DNA from: Eledone cirrhosa
Taxonomy: Eukaryota
Length of the DNA stretch: 64,000 nt
NCBI GenBank assembly: GCA_964016885.1
Contig: OZ024742.1
Span: forward strand, 91,574,001-91,638,000
Direction: 5' to 3'
The notes under the pieces were generated by a model, which was given only the letters and a program-made list of their open reading frames with translations, did not search any database and was not told where the DNA came from. The number at the start of each line of letters is the position of its first letter. The first letter of the stretch is position 1. A program made the position numbers and the translations under genes. Below, piece by piece: positions 37,472-52,130 of the stretch.

Positions 37472-38983
37472 CATTATTCTTTGAACCTACAAGCCAAGGG
37501 TAAGATAGTTATAACATTTGCAATATTTCATTTATACAAAGATGAATGAATGAACAAATTCTCTTCCACCCTAACCTTGCCATACCATCCCTCAAAAAAG
37601 CCCACTACCAAAGGTAACACTCCTCCCTAATAAATGTTATTTTAAAGTATTGCTGTCTTATGGTGTCATTAGTTTGACATTCAATGACTTCTCTTATCAA
37701 TGAGAGGCAACGTCATGTTAAAATTATTTCTCACTCTATCAACTAATACTACAGCAGTTGAAACAATGGTGCCATGGTCGGCTAAGTGTTTAGATATGTT
37801 GAGGCATCTTATTCTATATGGCTGAGGTTTACTTTATTTTTTCCTTTGCAAACTAGAGCCATTTCACACATTTTAATCAAATCTAACGTTGCTTTCCCCT
37901 GTTCTCATCTAATGTTCTACTACACTAAATAAGTAAGGCTGGCAACCACGTATGTACCAGTATTGGCCAGACCCACACACATCGCTAATGCGAGTCTCTT
38001 TTTTATATCCAGTCGCTTGATTTGATGAAAGTTAAGGGCCCTTTACTTTTGATGAAGTCGTAAGGACGTCGTTTAACATGGCTTGTCTTCAGCATTTTGA
38101 ACAAGGAGGGACCCATCCCTGTCCAGTCGAAACTCATATGATTTCTTCCGGAGAAAATAAAGAATAAGAGATAGTGAGTGAAAGAGGAAGAACCAACTCC
38201 AGTACTAAGCTGGGACTTTATTTATCGACTATGAAATGATGAAAGGCAAAGTCAACCTCGTTGGGATTTAATTTCATAGCGCAGTCACCCGGAACTAATA
38301 CCGAGGCATTTGTGATCCGATGCTTTAAACACTTCGTAAATTCGCGACGGGATTTGCTGAAACTAAAAGCCAAATATCCCTCACACCACACACACAACTG
38401 TTTTACGAAATAGGACACACTGAATAAGGCAGATCTGGAATGTAACTAATCTACGTCGGTTTCGACTCTGTGTTTCAGTTGCACGACCAGCCAAACAGCC
38501 AACTCGTGAAATCAACGTGCATGTGTTTGAGCATTCCACAGACAAATGTACTCTTGATGTAATTCTCAGAGAGGATTACAGTTACAGCCCAAATAGTATT
38601 ATACAGTAAGAGGCAGAATATTCCACATATATGTACAAACTTAAGGACATTCTCAGGGATATACAGCGTGGAACAAGTTTGACCCTTTTACTTATAGTTC
38701 GTCTGACAGGCTTCCAAACAATTTCCGTCTACATAATTTCACTCACAAAGCTTGCTCACCCAATGACTGTATTAAATGATACTTGGTCAAGATACCATAT
38801 AATGTGATGGAACACGGGATCCTATGTTTTCGAAGTAATTTTTTAACTATTCAATCATGCTACGTCCACTATGTAAATCTAAAGATACTGTGCCTGACTA
38901 AAATATTGAAGGATGAACACCACAAAGCATTCTATCTATCAACCATAATGATTTTGCCAATTCGCTTCCTTACAAAACAACAT

Positions 38984-39175
38984 CAGACCTGTCAACTCTC
39001 CCGTCCGACAGGGAGATCTCCCACCCACTTTGGGGTGGGTGACAGATCTTCTCTAGTGAAAATGGGTATAGCTTTCATTATGTAAAATCTCCCCATTTTG
39101 CCTCATTTCTCCCCGTTTTGGGGCCCTTTTTTTCATGGTACTCTCCGATTGGGTTTTTAGAGATTGGCAGGTCTG
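38984..39175 (-). mobile_element. 192-bp MITE with 13-bp TIRs and 6-bp TSD
   Basis: Ends CAGACCTGTCAAC ... ATTGGCAGGTCTG. Flanked by CAACAT at 38978-38983 and 39176-39181. Confidence 0.9.
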
Positions 39176-40299
39176 CAACATAAATAATTAATATTATTTG
39201 ACGAGCACGGGAAGGCTCACACTACATAAGTCTAATATTGTACAAATACTAAATTAGATCATTTAGTGAATTATGCCTTTTCGCCCTATATTTACAATAA
39301 AAGCCATAAAAATGGTAAAACATAGCTATTCACATTAGCACACACTGCAGGCTGACTAAACCATACATCTCATTCACAAAATAATAAAACTATATGATCC
39401 GTTATGTGTCCACTTTACATTCTTGAAATAACTTCCAATTACTCTCAAAGCACACCTTACTGTATTATCTAAAAAAGGAAGGACAAATTTGATAATGTAG
39501 CTATAAACATGTTTCAACATAAAAAGAGGTATTGGTGGCTGGAAGAACTTTAACCAGAGCACAGCTGACCTGGGATTAAATAGCAATAACAGCAGTTACA
39601 ACAAAAATCTATCTGGACATAATTTATTGCTGCAATAAATTACGTGTTCAATCTTCACCAAACACAGAGACACATCGATAACACCACAGAACACCATAGT
39701 AATATCACTCTAAGAACACCTCCTTTCCTCCAGAATCCATGCAATTGGAATGGAACGGATTCTTGTCGTGTGTTTCTGGTGTTAGATCATTAGTACAGCA
39801 TTCCAAAGACCCGCGTATCCTTAACGTAATTCTCAGGGCGATTCAGTGTGACGGAATAGTTTCCGCCAACCCAATTTCACACACAAAATATGGGTCGGCT
39901 CGAAGCTCTGGCACGTGCTCAAGATGCCATGCAATGGGATCGATCCCGAGACCTGATGATTGCGAAGAGAACTTCTTGACCATTCGGCGATACTGGCCCC
40001 CACGAGGCAAATATAAAAACACATATACACACAACACTATGCTAGGATACGCAACAGTAATGATAAAAACAAATCAACTGTTTTTTCATTAAATCAAGCT
40101 TGGTGCCGCTACTGTGGGCAACACTAAAACCTATAGGCATACAGGTGGGTTAACAAGGAAGCCTGTATGCGATCATTGAAGTTGCTGGAAATAGTAGCCA
40201 AAGACCCATCACGTCACCACCGTATTGTCAATAGAAAAAAATACATTGAATAGGTTACCGCCGCAACCATCAGCACTGCGTTCACAATGCAGATCTAGA

Positions 40300-40484
40300 T
40301 AGGAGAGTCGGCGGAAAAGTTCATAGGCTGACTATGAAGGAGTGATGTTAGAGCTGTGAAATTATGCATGCATTAATTTCAACTGCATTGTTTCGTTTCA
40401 TGGATTATGTTGAAAAATAAACCTCATTTGGTCATTCTATGAAAGTGTGTGGTCAGCGTATGAACTTTTCAGCCGACTCTCGTA
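40300..40484 (+). mobile_element. Tc1/mariner-type MITE (TA target, ~30-bp TIRs)
   Basis: TA-GGAGAGTCGGCGGAAAAGTTCATAGGCTGAC ... GTCAGCGTATGAACTTTTCAGCCGACTCTCG-TA. Confidence 0.85.
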
Positions 40485-40897
40485 TACAATATGCTAAACA
40501 TCTCAAAGCAAAAACAAAAAATACAGTTATATGTTTAGATAAAAAAAGTAAAAAAATGAGATTCCTTATCATTGCCCCGTCCTTCCAAAAATGGCGACGC
40601 CCCACCAATGTGTCTGACAGCTGTTTTATTTCTTTTTTTCCATGTGGCTGATATTCAAAAAGGTGTTGTTGCGCTATTTTCATATCAAAGCAACTAAAAT
40701 ATGTTAGTTAATCTTTGCTAACATTAACCTTTTCCCTCTCTCCTTCATCATTCACCTCCCATTCTCTCTTTTCTTTAGGCACGTGTCATTTTTCTTTACC
40801 CCGCTCTTGCTTTCCTCCGTTTAGTCTCTCTTTTCTGCTAACTCACTTTTCCTCCGAACTTCTTGACACTCCCACCCTGTCTCTCTCTCTCTCTCTC

Positions 40898-40973
<76 letters not shown>

Positions 40974-40979
40974 CACACA

Positions 40980-41213
40980 CAGGTGCCGGTCGGGTAGGAT
41001 CAATATCATACGTTCGGTCGGCTCTCTGTATCAAGAAAAGAAAGACATTCTCGAAGAAACTATTGGATTTTTCCAAACTTTGAAGGTTTTTATAAACTTT
41101 CATTGTTTTATAGGTTCTGCCGTTTGAAGAACTCAAGCTATCATACCTGAGAGTCCTCAGTGAAATATATATAAGGGAATTTAAATAAAACTGACTATGA
41201 CCACGGACATTTT

Positions 41214-41220
<7 letters not shown>
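40980..41220 (+). mobile_element. Penelope-like 3' end fragment with a degenerate hammerhead (41120-41177)
   Basis: Lies between two (TA)n tracts. CCGT-TTGAAGA-ACT...AGT-GAAA-TATATA-TA-AGGG followed by AAATAAAA. Confidence 0.55.
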
Positions 41221-41248
<28 letters not shown>

Positions 41249-41251
<3 letters not shown>

Positions 41252-41445
41252 GAAGGTTGGCTGAAACGTTCATAGGCTGATCAAAATACTCTCATGTAAT
41301 GACCAAACAAGGTCTATTTTCAACACAGTCCCTGGAAAGAAACTATGAAGTTATTCATAAGAGTTGAAATTATTGCATGCAAAATTTAACAGCTCTAGCA
41401 TCACTCATTTATAGTCAATTTATGAATTTTCAGCCATCCCTCGTA
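41249..41445 (-). mobile_element. Tc1/mariner-type MITE, same family as 40300-40484
   Basis: TACGAAGGTTGGCTGAAACGTTCATAGGCTGA ... TTTTCAGCCATCCCTCGTA. Confidence 0.8.
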
Positions 41446-41592
41446 TATAGTCAGCTTACTAGTTAATTAATTAGCTGGCTACTTGATTTGATGATTATTT
41501 AACTAGCAAGCTAATTGACTAACTAGCCGGTTAATTAGCTAACTTACTCGATAGTTCTTGTTGTTTTTTCTCAACTGGTCTTTTTGTTATAC

Positions 41593-41785
41593 CAGACCTG
41601 CCAACCTCTAAAGACCCAAACGAGGAGTACCGTGAAAAAAGTGCCCCAAAATGGGAAGAAAAGAGGCAAAATGGGAAATTTTACATAATTAAAGCTATAC
41701 CCATTTTCACACGAGGAGACGTCTCTCACCCACCCCAACTTGGGTGGGAAATCTCCCCGTCCGACGGGGAGAGTTGACAGGTCTG
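41593..41785 (+). mobile_element. MITE (CAGACCTG TIR family)
   Basis: CAGACCTGCCAAC...GTTGACAGGTCTG. Flanks TTATAC/TAAAAC look like a decayed 6-bp TSD. Confidence 0.88.
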
Positions 41786-41884
41786 TAAAACATTGTACGA
41801 TTTAACTATCGCACACTTGTTAATATATTTTGCTTTGGTGATGTTTCTTCAGGTTTGTCATTTATTTTCGTTTTCATATCCCTG

Positions 41885-42182
41885 TTCAAGCGTCCTACAA
41901 GATGGTGTAGGACATAACAAAGGAGAGACACAAAATAAAAATCCAGTCACTGAGGAGGTCACAGAATGTATGATGAAAGATCTTCGACAATATATAAACA
42001 ACCATCCGGTTATCGAACCAACCAACCAGCCAACCAGCCGGAAATTTATGATAAATTGAAGTGAAAACCAACAGATGTGTGTGTTTTTATTGGCAACATG
42101 ACCCTCCCTAATTATAAAAATATATGTTTTAACACACGTTTTTAGATAAGAAATCTTGCAAAACAAATTCGAAAACGAAGTG
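41885..42182 (+). mobile_element. Non-coding HHR-bearing element (Penelope pLTR-like), homologous to 47796-48264; HHR motif at 41946-41988
   Basis: GTCA-CTGAGGA-GGTCACA...TGAT-GAAA-GAT-CTT-CGAC. Shares the AACC repeats and the TTGGCAACATGACCCTCCC end. Terminates at (CA)n. Confidence 0.7.
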
Positions 42183-43979
42183 TACACACACACGCACACG
42201 CACACGCACACACACACACACACACACACAGAATTAATTATATATTTACCGATTTAGTTCTCTCACCATCACTCTCAATGTTTGTGTAACTATTGTTTTA
42301 TTCACCAGGTTCAACGAATCATATTCATTTTTTCTTTGTGTAATATTTCAGAGAACAAACCTTTGCTTCCTCCTCACTGATTAACCTTTTAAACAGACTC
42401 TTCAATCCATCGTTAAATTATCGACAAGACACCACTCATTTCATTACAGCAAATATTGTAAATGAAATCGATTGCATGTCGTACCCTTATTATATGTATC
42501 AATTAAAGGAAGTCCACGTTAGGATGTCACACACGTGTTACCCAGCCAGGGAAACATTCATCCGTAACATAATTCTCCCATTCCTTACTAGAGTAAATTG
42601 TAAGTACCCCCTCCCCCCACACACACGCAGTTATATGCATTATATACATGTATTGTTTGATCTGGATTAGGGATCAGCAATTTTACTTGTTTTACCCATA
42701 GTCCACATATCTTTCATAGGATAATTTTGAAAAGGCTCCTACAGAACACTTCAATGGGGTACATGTGCGTTACACTCTACCTGTTGCCGGACCCTGGTTT
42801 TGGTGATCGACGTTGTTGATGGAGACAAGCTATCTATGATTTTATTTATGTTTGTCACTTAATCCCATGTTATTTCATACATGCACATACAATAGTATAT
42901 CCTGGGGTTTAAAAAAGGGGTCTCGAACTCAAGAACTCAAAAGGCCCACTACGTCTTGGAGGAGAGGCACAGCGGACCCAAAGTGAGATGAGTGGTGGCA
43001 TGATTTCCACCAGTTATAATACTAATCTGCAATACAGCTGATAGACTGTTATTCATTATTTCTGCACCAAAATGACTACACATATGACAGTAAGTGGGAT
43101 ATGGGAATTAATACAATATGTAGTGGAACAAATTTTCCATTTCAAATTTTCCTGATTCCTATTTTTACTTTTAGTAAATTCATGTTTTTCTATTTATTGT
43201 ATTTCATGGGTAAAATACTATAAATTGTACTAAAAATATTATTTAAAAAGCGACAAATTACCGAGTTGTAGGAAAATATTAGTCTCAAACATTGTTCTGC
43301 TACGGGATAAGTGGTTTGCGGGGCGCATGATTGAGATCGTCCTGTCTTCAACAACAAACACTGATGTAACCTATAATTTCTTTGTTGATGATCAAACAAT
43401 CCACAATGGAAATATCTACAAAATAAATAAAAAATAGCTGATTTTAATAACAAAGTTTTCACCTGATGTAGTTAAACCTTAATAGTTGAACCTGGGAAAT
43501 TTACTTTCAAAACCAAAACAACTTTATGACAATGGTTTTTGTGAATGGATGTTAGAAACTTTTCAGTTTTAGAATCACCAAATCATGAGCAACTCCATGA
43601 CACCACCGACTTATTCGTTTGTACTTCCCTCATTACCTATGCTGTATCCACCATACTAATCATGTTATTATTCATTTTAACATGTAAGTGCCAACTTGTA
43701 GGTGTACACGACACTTTTAGAAGATTTAATATCTGAGACATTCACTTCAACGTGTTCTTTTTATTTGTCTACTTTCTTATTACTTAGGCCATGTTACCAA
43801 ATACGCATTGTCGGGCTTCCAAATAACTAAACTTATCTCTTATGTGTATTTGTATCCCATTCCACAATGCTTCAAGCAAACACCTTATTACAATCATTGT
43901 GTTTTCAGTTACAAGTGTGAGTAATGTTGGTCGGGTTTTGTCAGCATTTCAATGAGAGTAAATGGGGGTAGCGAATACA

Positions 43980-45464
43980 TTTGTCCAATACAGTGATGAT
44001 AGGAACCATGGGCGGGATACAGTGAGAAATGTGTTTCTGTAATCAATTCCACGCAGTCCGTCAATAAATCGACAGCTGGATGAGCGGGGACTGTAGTGTA
44101 GAGGGAGACAACCTCGAGGCTAAAGCCGTATCTATTTAGTTTAAGTTGTTCTGGCTGGAGTTGGTGTAGTCTACGTATGACTTCGTCGGAGCTACGGACA
44201 TGCCCGGGAAAGGTGGAGAGTAGAGGCTTGAGGACCTGGGAGAGGAGCCAGGAAATTTTGTATAGGGGTCCTTCTATGCTAGAGACGATGGGTCTTATTT
44301 GTGTCTGTCTTAGTACGATTCTTGTGGGTCTTGATGAGGTGGTAGAAAGTGGGCAGTCTGCTATTTCTAGTGGTGTAGTTGAGCTTAACTTTATTTGGAA
44401 GTTGTCTTCTTCTACAGATGTCGAACCAGATGAAGTTGGTCTGTTATTCGATCTGGGCTGCAGTCATGTCCGGGATCTCTGTATATAGTACATTGTCGCT
44501 TAGGTGTTCAAAGTCTAGGTTGTTGTATGTGGCTTGAGAGATGACGCAAAACTCTTTACCTTTGTCGGATGGTAAGTATATAAGTTCCCTATTCCGTAGG
44601 TTCTTCAGGGTGAGTTGTTGTGTCCTGGAGAGGTTTGGGGCTATCTTCTTCTGTTTCTGTAAGATGTTAAATACGGAATGTTTTAGCCTCGAGAGTTTTT
44701 CTTCAAGCTCGCGGTTGGCAGGCGGTGGACAGAGTGGGCGATCCAGTTGGTATATCGGGAATCTGGGTTTGTTAGATTCCGTGGTGTTGTTGCCGAGAGT
44801 CGATATCCATTTTAGTTGGTAGGCAGCCCGACATAAATTTGTTTCTATGTCGAGCCATAATTTGTCGTCCAGTCTCTGTTTCAATATGAACTTGGGACCC
44901 AGGCTGAGGAGGTCTAATTCCTCGCGGGAGAGGGATCCTGTCAAGTCTGTGACGAGGTGTTTTGCGTCAGGTGTGTTGTTGGTCGGGGCGCCGCTAGGCT
45001 AGGTGTTGGTACTGTCTTGTTCGCCTCTTCTTAGAGTTGGGATGTTGTTAAAACGGTTAGCCGTGCTGAATTTGAGAAATTTTTGCGTTAGGCGTATTTT
45101 CTCGTAGTCTCGGCGATGGTGGTATGACCTGTCTATAGCGGCGGAGATAACTCTGGACGGAAGTTCTGGGGTTTCAGCGAGTTGTGGTACAAGGCTGGAA
45201 ATAGTCCGTATGTGTTGTTGTAGCGTGCGGTGTAGGTGTTGTATGTGTTTTCTTAGGCAGAATTTTTGTATGTAGCTAAGTGATCGTTTGAGGCCTGGTG
45301 ATTTGAAGCATGTTGGTAGGTGCAAGTTTTTGATAGTTTTGGGGATGATGTTGTTATTCAGGCATCGTTTTAGGAAGTTTATTTGGCAGCCGGCTTTGGC
45401 GCCATTTCAGATAGCTGGAAGAGTTTCTTTACAGTTGTGAACTAGGCCTAGCTCAGGCGTAAGG

Positions 45465-45466
<2 letters not shown>
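43980..45466 (-). mobile_element. Penelope-like element, N-terminal and RT-proximal part, with stops
   Basis: QINFLKRCLNNNIIPKT N-terminal motif, then LLSLGPKF, LIYLPSDKGKEFCVI and IRPIVSSIEGPLYKISWLLSQVLKPL. Starts directly at a (TA)n tract. Confidence 0.85.
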
Positions 45467-45522
<56 letters not shown>

Positions 45523-45675
45523 CCGATATAAAAGACACAGAAGCGAAAACCAACCAAACAGTGAGTGTGTTCTGTTATTAATTCTGGCAATATTATTACA
45601 CAAATATGACCCTTCCCATATATATATATATATATTTAATATAAGTGTAGTTTTTATATTGATATTGCCTGGGCA

Positions 45676-45798
45676 TCCACTGATGAATTATAAGAGCACA
45701 CTTGCATAGATATCTATGGATTATATGCAATCTTCTACATAACTTGGACATTATTTTTCCCACCTTGTAGAAATCTTATAACGAAACGATCGTATGGA
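45676..45798 (+). ncRNA. Hammerhead ribozyme with a long branched stem II
   Basis: TCCA-CTGATGA(45680-86)-A TTATAAGA...TCTTATAA C-GAAA(45783-86)-CGATC-GTA-TGGA. Stem III is the palindrome ACGATCGT. Inner helices are TTGCATA/TATGCAA and TCTACA/TGTAGA. Confidence 0.75.
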
Positions 45799-45979
45799 AA
45801 GAGAGATTTATTTAATTATGTCTCATATAAAATAATACGCCCAACTATCCACGAAATACAATATAGTTAGCACCCCAAACGTATAATTGGGATTATACCT
45901 AGGTATATCCTAATGTTTGTTGAGTGAGATGGGAGTTTGTCGGAGTATCGCTAAAACCTTTCTCTGTTAATGTATTAAG

Positions 45980-47795
<1,816 letters not shown>

Positions 47796-47803
<8 letters not shown>

Positions 47804-48208
47804 ATACTTTGGGAGGGTCATGTTGCCAATAAGAAACACACGCACCAGTTGCTTTCACTTCAATTTATTATTATAATAAATTTATAATAAATTTATAAAT
47901 TTATAAATTTCTGGTTGGTTGGTTGGTTCCACAACCAGATAGTTGTTTATATATTGTCATAGTTCTTTCGTCACACACTCTGTGATCTCTTCAGTGACTG
48001 GGGATTCCTTTCTTTGTTTCTGTGCCTCTCCTTTGTTCTGTCCTACGCCATGTTGTTTCTGTGTGTGTGTTGTGGAACCAACCAACCAACCAGAAATTTA
48101 TAAATTTATAAATTTATTATAAATTTATTATAATAATAAATTGAAGTGAAAGCAACTGGTGCGTGTGTTTCTTATTGGCAACATGACCCTCCCAAAGTAT
48201 AACAATAT
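47796..48208. repeat. Perfect 140-bp inverted repeat (47796-47935 / 48069-48208) with a 133-bp spacer
   Basis: Arms are identical by inspection, including the internal ATAAATTT and AACC repeats. Confidence 0.95.
47956..47998 (-). ncRNA. Minimal hammerhead motif inside the inverted-repeat spacer
   Basis: GTCA-CTGAAGA-GATCACA(GAGTG)TGTGAC-GAAA-GAA-CTA-TGAC. Stem I is GTCA/TGAC. Confidence 0.65.
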
Positions 48209-48262
48209 CGGTTTCAAGACACGATTTCAGATAATGAATCTTGCTAAACAAATTCAGAAACG

Positions 48263-48314
<52 letters not shown>

Positions 48315-48394
48315 GTTATTCCGGGTTGAATCGGAGGTAACCACAGTAAGTAAGGTACTCAATACATTGCAGAGTATAAAAGTTTTAATATAGA

Positions 48395-48449
48395 TGAGAT
48401 TCTACAGGACTAGAACTGTTTCATTCTTTAGAAATCATCAGGAATCTCA
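48395..48449 (-). ncRNA. Intact canonical type I hammerhead ribozyme
   Basis: TGAGATTC-CTGATGA-TTTC(TAAA)GAAT-GAAA-CAG(TTCTAGTC)CTG-TA-GAATCTCA. Stem I is 8 bp, the core is complete, stem III is 4 bp and the cleavage triplet is GUA. Confidence 0.8.
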
Positions 48450-48590
48450 GAGATTCCTGATGATTTCTAATCCTGTAGAATCTCATCTATATTAAAACTT
48501 ATATATATATATATATATGAGTGTGTGTATTTAATATAAAGATGGCTTCTACAGGACTAGAACTGTTTCATTCGGGCGAAATCAAATATT

Positions 48591-48747
<157 letters not shown>

Positions 48748-48755
48748 TTATATAC

Positions 48756-48812
<57 letters not shown>

Positions 48813-49199
48813 TATGTATAAATATATATGTGTGTGTCTGCGTTTGTGTATTTTCTAATGGTAATTTTAATAATATTTTAAATAATTGCACTGGCACGTA
48901 ACGTCTATAGTATTCTCAGCTAATAATTATATTCCATAATATATTGATAATGGAATAAATAATAAAACTAAGTGCAAAACAATAAAACAACTTTAAATGG
49001 AAAAGATAATTTATAAATTTAATAAAAAGTACGGAAATACAAAAGATATTTTTTTTTTTCCCGTCAACGTTCAGTTCCCAGTAAATTCAGTCGAACATTT
49101 AAGTTTTTCTTCGTTACTTTTTCAGCCATTTATCTTGCTTACTGTATATGAACCCCGCCAATTCAACTTTGATATTCTCTGGTTATTAGTTTACTGAAA

Positions 49200-49595
49200 A
49201 GAGACTTGTACTCCGCCTCTAGTCGTGTCACTTTCGCCATATACCCGCATTTCGCTGCCCGCAACGCGGAGGAGAGGAAGATAGTCAAATACTGTGGTCA
49301 TCCCGACCGCTTTCTCTTTGCACCGATCTCTGTTGATACCTCTGGCGTCCTTGGTCTCGGCACTGCTGATTTCCTCCGAGTGGCCCGCTTGAGGAGGAAG
49401 CCACAAGAGGTGGCGTGGCTGTCATACTGGGTGGCTTTGGGTCATTACCCGAGGTAACATTTTTGCCGTTTTGTCCGCGTGACGTGGCTGAGGCACCACA
49501 CAGACTGAGATGTAGTGACTGTCCCTCCGCTTCTCCCTTTCTTTCGTTGCTTGATCTTTCTTTCTTTTTCTCCTTTTCATTTTCTTTGTGGTTTC
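49200..49595 (+). mobile_element. CRE-clade 3' fragment plus 3' UTR (second subfamily)
   Basis: AARNAEERKIVKY...FAPISVDTSGVLG...EVAWL. The UTR is shared with the 56555-56955 copy. Confidence 0.8.
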
Positions 49596-50037
49596 TTATT
49601 TAGGCACAATGCCAGCAATTTTAGGGGAGGGGAAAGTCGAATAAATCGACATCAGTGCGTGACTAGTACTTTATTTTATCGACCCCGTAAGGATGAAAGG
49701 CAAAGTTAACCTCGGCGGGATTTGAACTCAGATCATAAAGGGCCGTACCTCTCTGCTGCAAAGCAGGTCGTCAGACTCTCTACCGACACTGCCAATCTAC
49801 CGCCCTCTTCCTGTTCTCTTTAATAGTGTTTTGTTTTTCTTAGATACTGCTCAATATATACTTGTAATCGGTAGAGGGTCGGACGCCATGCTTTCCAGCA
49901 TAGTTACGCCCCTTTACGATCTGAGTTCAAATCCCGCCGAGGTTGACTTTGCCTTTCATCCTTACGGGGTCGGTAAAATAAAGTACCAGTAATGCACTGC
50001 GTAATTGCTGGCCTTGTGCCTAAAGTAGAAACAATTA
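49596..50037. mobile_element. Two young SINE-A copies in inverted orientation (49596-49805 minus, 49868-50037 plus)
   Basis: Both match the consensus and lie ~60 bp apart. Confidence 0.88.
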
Positions 50038-50234
50038 ATTAATAAATATATTTAATTGAAAAATAGAATTGGTATTAGTTTTGAATAAAGCCATATGTAG
50101 ACAGTTGTCTTGCTTTGTTTCGTGTTTATGGAGTCTAATTATTGTACAATAAGTTTCCCATGAAATGACTTTCGTAAGTTAGTGGGGTAAATGCTAATGT
50201 AGTAGAAGTATTTATTTACCATATGTTAAAACAT

Positions 50235-51005
50235 CTGTTGTTGTTGTTACTGTTGTTGTTACTGTTATTGTTGTAACTGCTGTTGCTATTGTTGTTGTTG
50301 TAACTGCTGTGACTGGTGTTGTTGTTGTTGTTGTAATTGCTGCTGGTTAAAGTGTTATTATCGCTGTTGTTACTGGTATTGTAACTGCTGTTTCTGTTGT
50401 TGTTGTTGTTGTTGTTAAAACTGAAATTGCTATTGTGTTGTTACTATTACTATTATTACTGTTGCTGTTGTTGTTGTTGTCGTTGTTGTTTTTATTGCTC
50501 TTGTTAAAACTGAAACTGCTATTGTGTGTTATTGTTACTATTACTATTATTGCTATTATTGCTGTTGCTGTTGTTGTTGTTGTTGTTGTTTTTGTAACGG
50601 CTGCTGTTATTGTTGCTGTTGTTGTAGTAGCTGTTATAATAGGTGCTGGTGCTATTGTTAGTATTGCAGTTACTAATACTGATGTTGTAACTGTCGTAGC
50701 TTCTATTGTTATATTTGTTATTGTTGTTGCTGCTGTTGTATCTAATGCTATTGGTATTGTTGTTGTTACTGTTGTTATTGCTATTGTTGTTATTGTTGTT
50801 ATAATTGTTGCTCTATTGCTTCTATTGTTGTTGTTGTTATTGTTGTTGTAACTACTTCTTTTATTGCTCTTGTTATTGTTGTAACTGCTTCTGTTATTGC
50901 TATTGTTGTTGTAGTTACTGTTGTGATATCTGCTTCTATTGTTGTTGTTGTAACTACTACAGCTGCTGTTCCTGATTTTTTTGTTAATGTTGTTTTTATG
51001 GTTGT
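50235..51005. repeat. Degenerate (TTG/CTG/TTA)n trinucleotide low-complexity tract
   Basis: Direct inspection. Confidence 0.9.
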
Positions 51006-51639
51006 TCATTTTACTGTTTAGACTCGGGACAGTCATATAATTAAAGGCGCTCCAGTCGTGACAATTCCATCTAAACTTCAGTTATAGTGTAATTCAAAAT
51101 ATATTATCTTAAGTGTCGTTTCTTTTTCATGCTGTAAATTTCGATTCAAGGGAAATTTAGCTGCTGTTACTAGCTTCTTAAACTGCCAGTTGGCGAAACT
51201 TTAGTTGTCTCTATTCCTGTGGCTGTTTTTTCGGTAAATGTTGTTATTGTTTAGCCGCAGGTCAACCCAGATTTAGCAAAAATATGATCAAAGACATTCC
51301 ATCCATAAGCCACCCGCCCCTTTTTATAACAACATCATTTCATGTGCCCTATCTTATGAAGTTAGTGTGGGGGTGATTTGTGGATGGGGGAGGTGATTTG
51401 AGGAAGATTTGGTTGCTATTTCTAGCAGTACGACCAACTACGTAGAAAGCTCCTTCTGTTGTGATTGTTGCTTGTCCTACTGTTGTTGTTACATCTTAGA
51501 CAAGTGCCATAGGGTTGATCCCATGCCTTGTGAGTGAAATTGAGTAAATGGTAACTGTTTGGAAGCCTCTCGGATAGTATGTACGCCGATTCTCCCTGAG
51601 TATTTCCTTAAGAGTACACGTGCTTGGGGAATGTTCAGC

Positions 51640-52130
51640 GGCTTGCATGTTAATTTGCAGGATAGGCTGTTCGCTATCTTCAATTCGGTATTCGTGCCAG
51701 CCAATACCTATGGTCACATATATTGGGAAATAGTTGAAAGAATACGATCGCGAATATATACGGCCAGAATCGGGCTCCCCCAAAGGGTCTTTGGAGTAAC
51801 GTTTCTTGATAGAGTCCGTAATTCGGAGATCAGAGAGTCGCTCCGGGTAGAACCGTTATTTCCCCGAATTGAGAGATCACAGCTCCAATATTACGGGCAT
51901 ATGTTTAGAATGTCCCAGGAAAGAATCATTGGACACCTTTTACGGCCAAAATCCACTGGCAGGAAACCCAGAGGTATACCCCGGTAAAGAAGGTTGGATA
52001 GCATCCATAAGCTCGGCAGGTCTCGCTTAGGGATCCAACAGGATCAATTGGAAACGGTTACTTTTGAGACGACCCACTGGACGGTGTGCTTGACGACTCT
52101 GCCTCCACAGGAATAAATGGGCGAAGAAGA
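51640..52130 (+). mobile_element. RTE-clade LINE 3' fragment
   Basis: GVTFLDRVRNSEIRESLRVEPLFPRIERSQLQYYGHMFRM...KSTGRKPRG. The 3' end GAATAAATGGGCGAAGAAGA is shared with the 16 kb copy. Confidence 0.82.

Noticed and set aside
50347-51036. 229-aa N/T-rich ORF
   Set aside because: Product of a degenerate trinucleotide tract.
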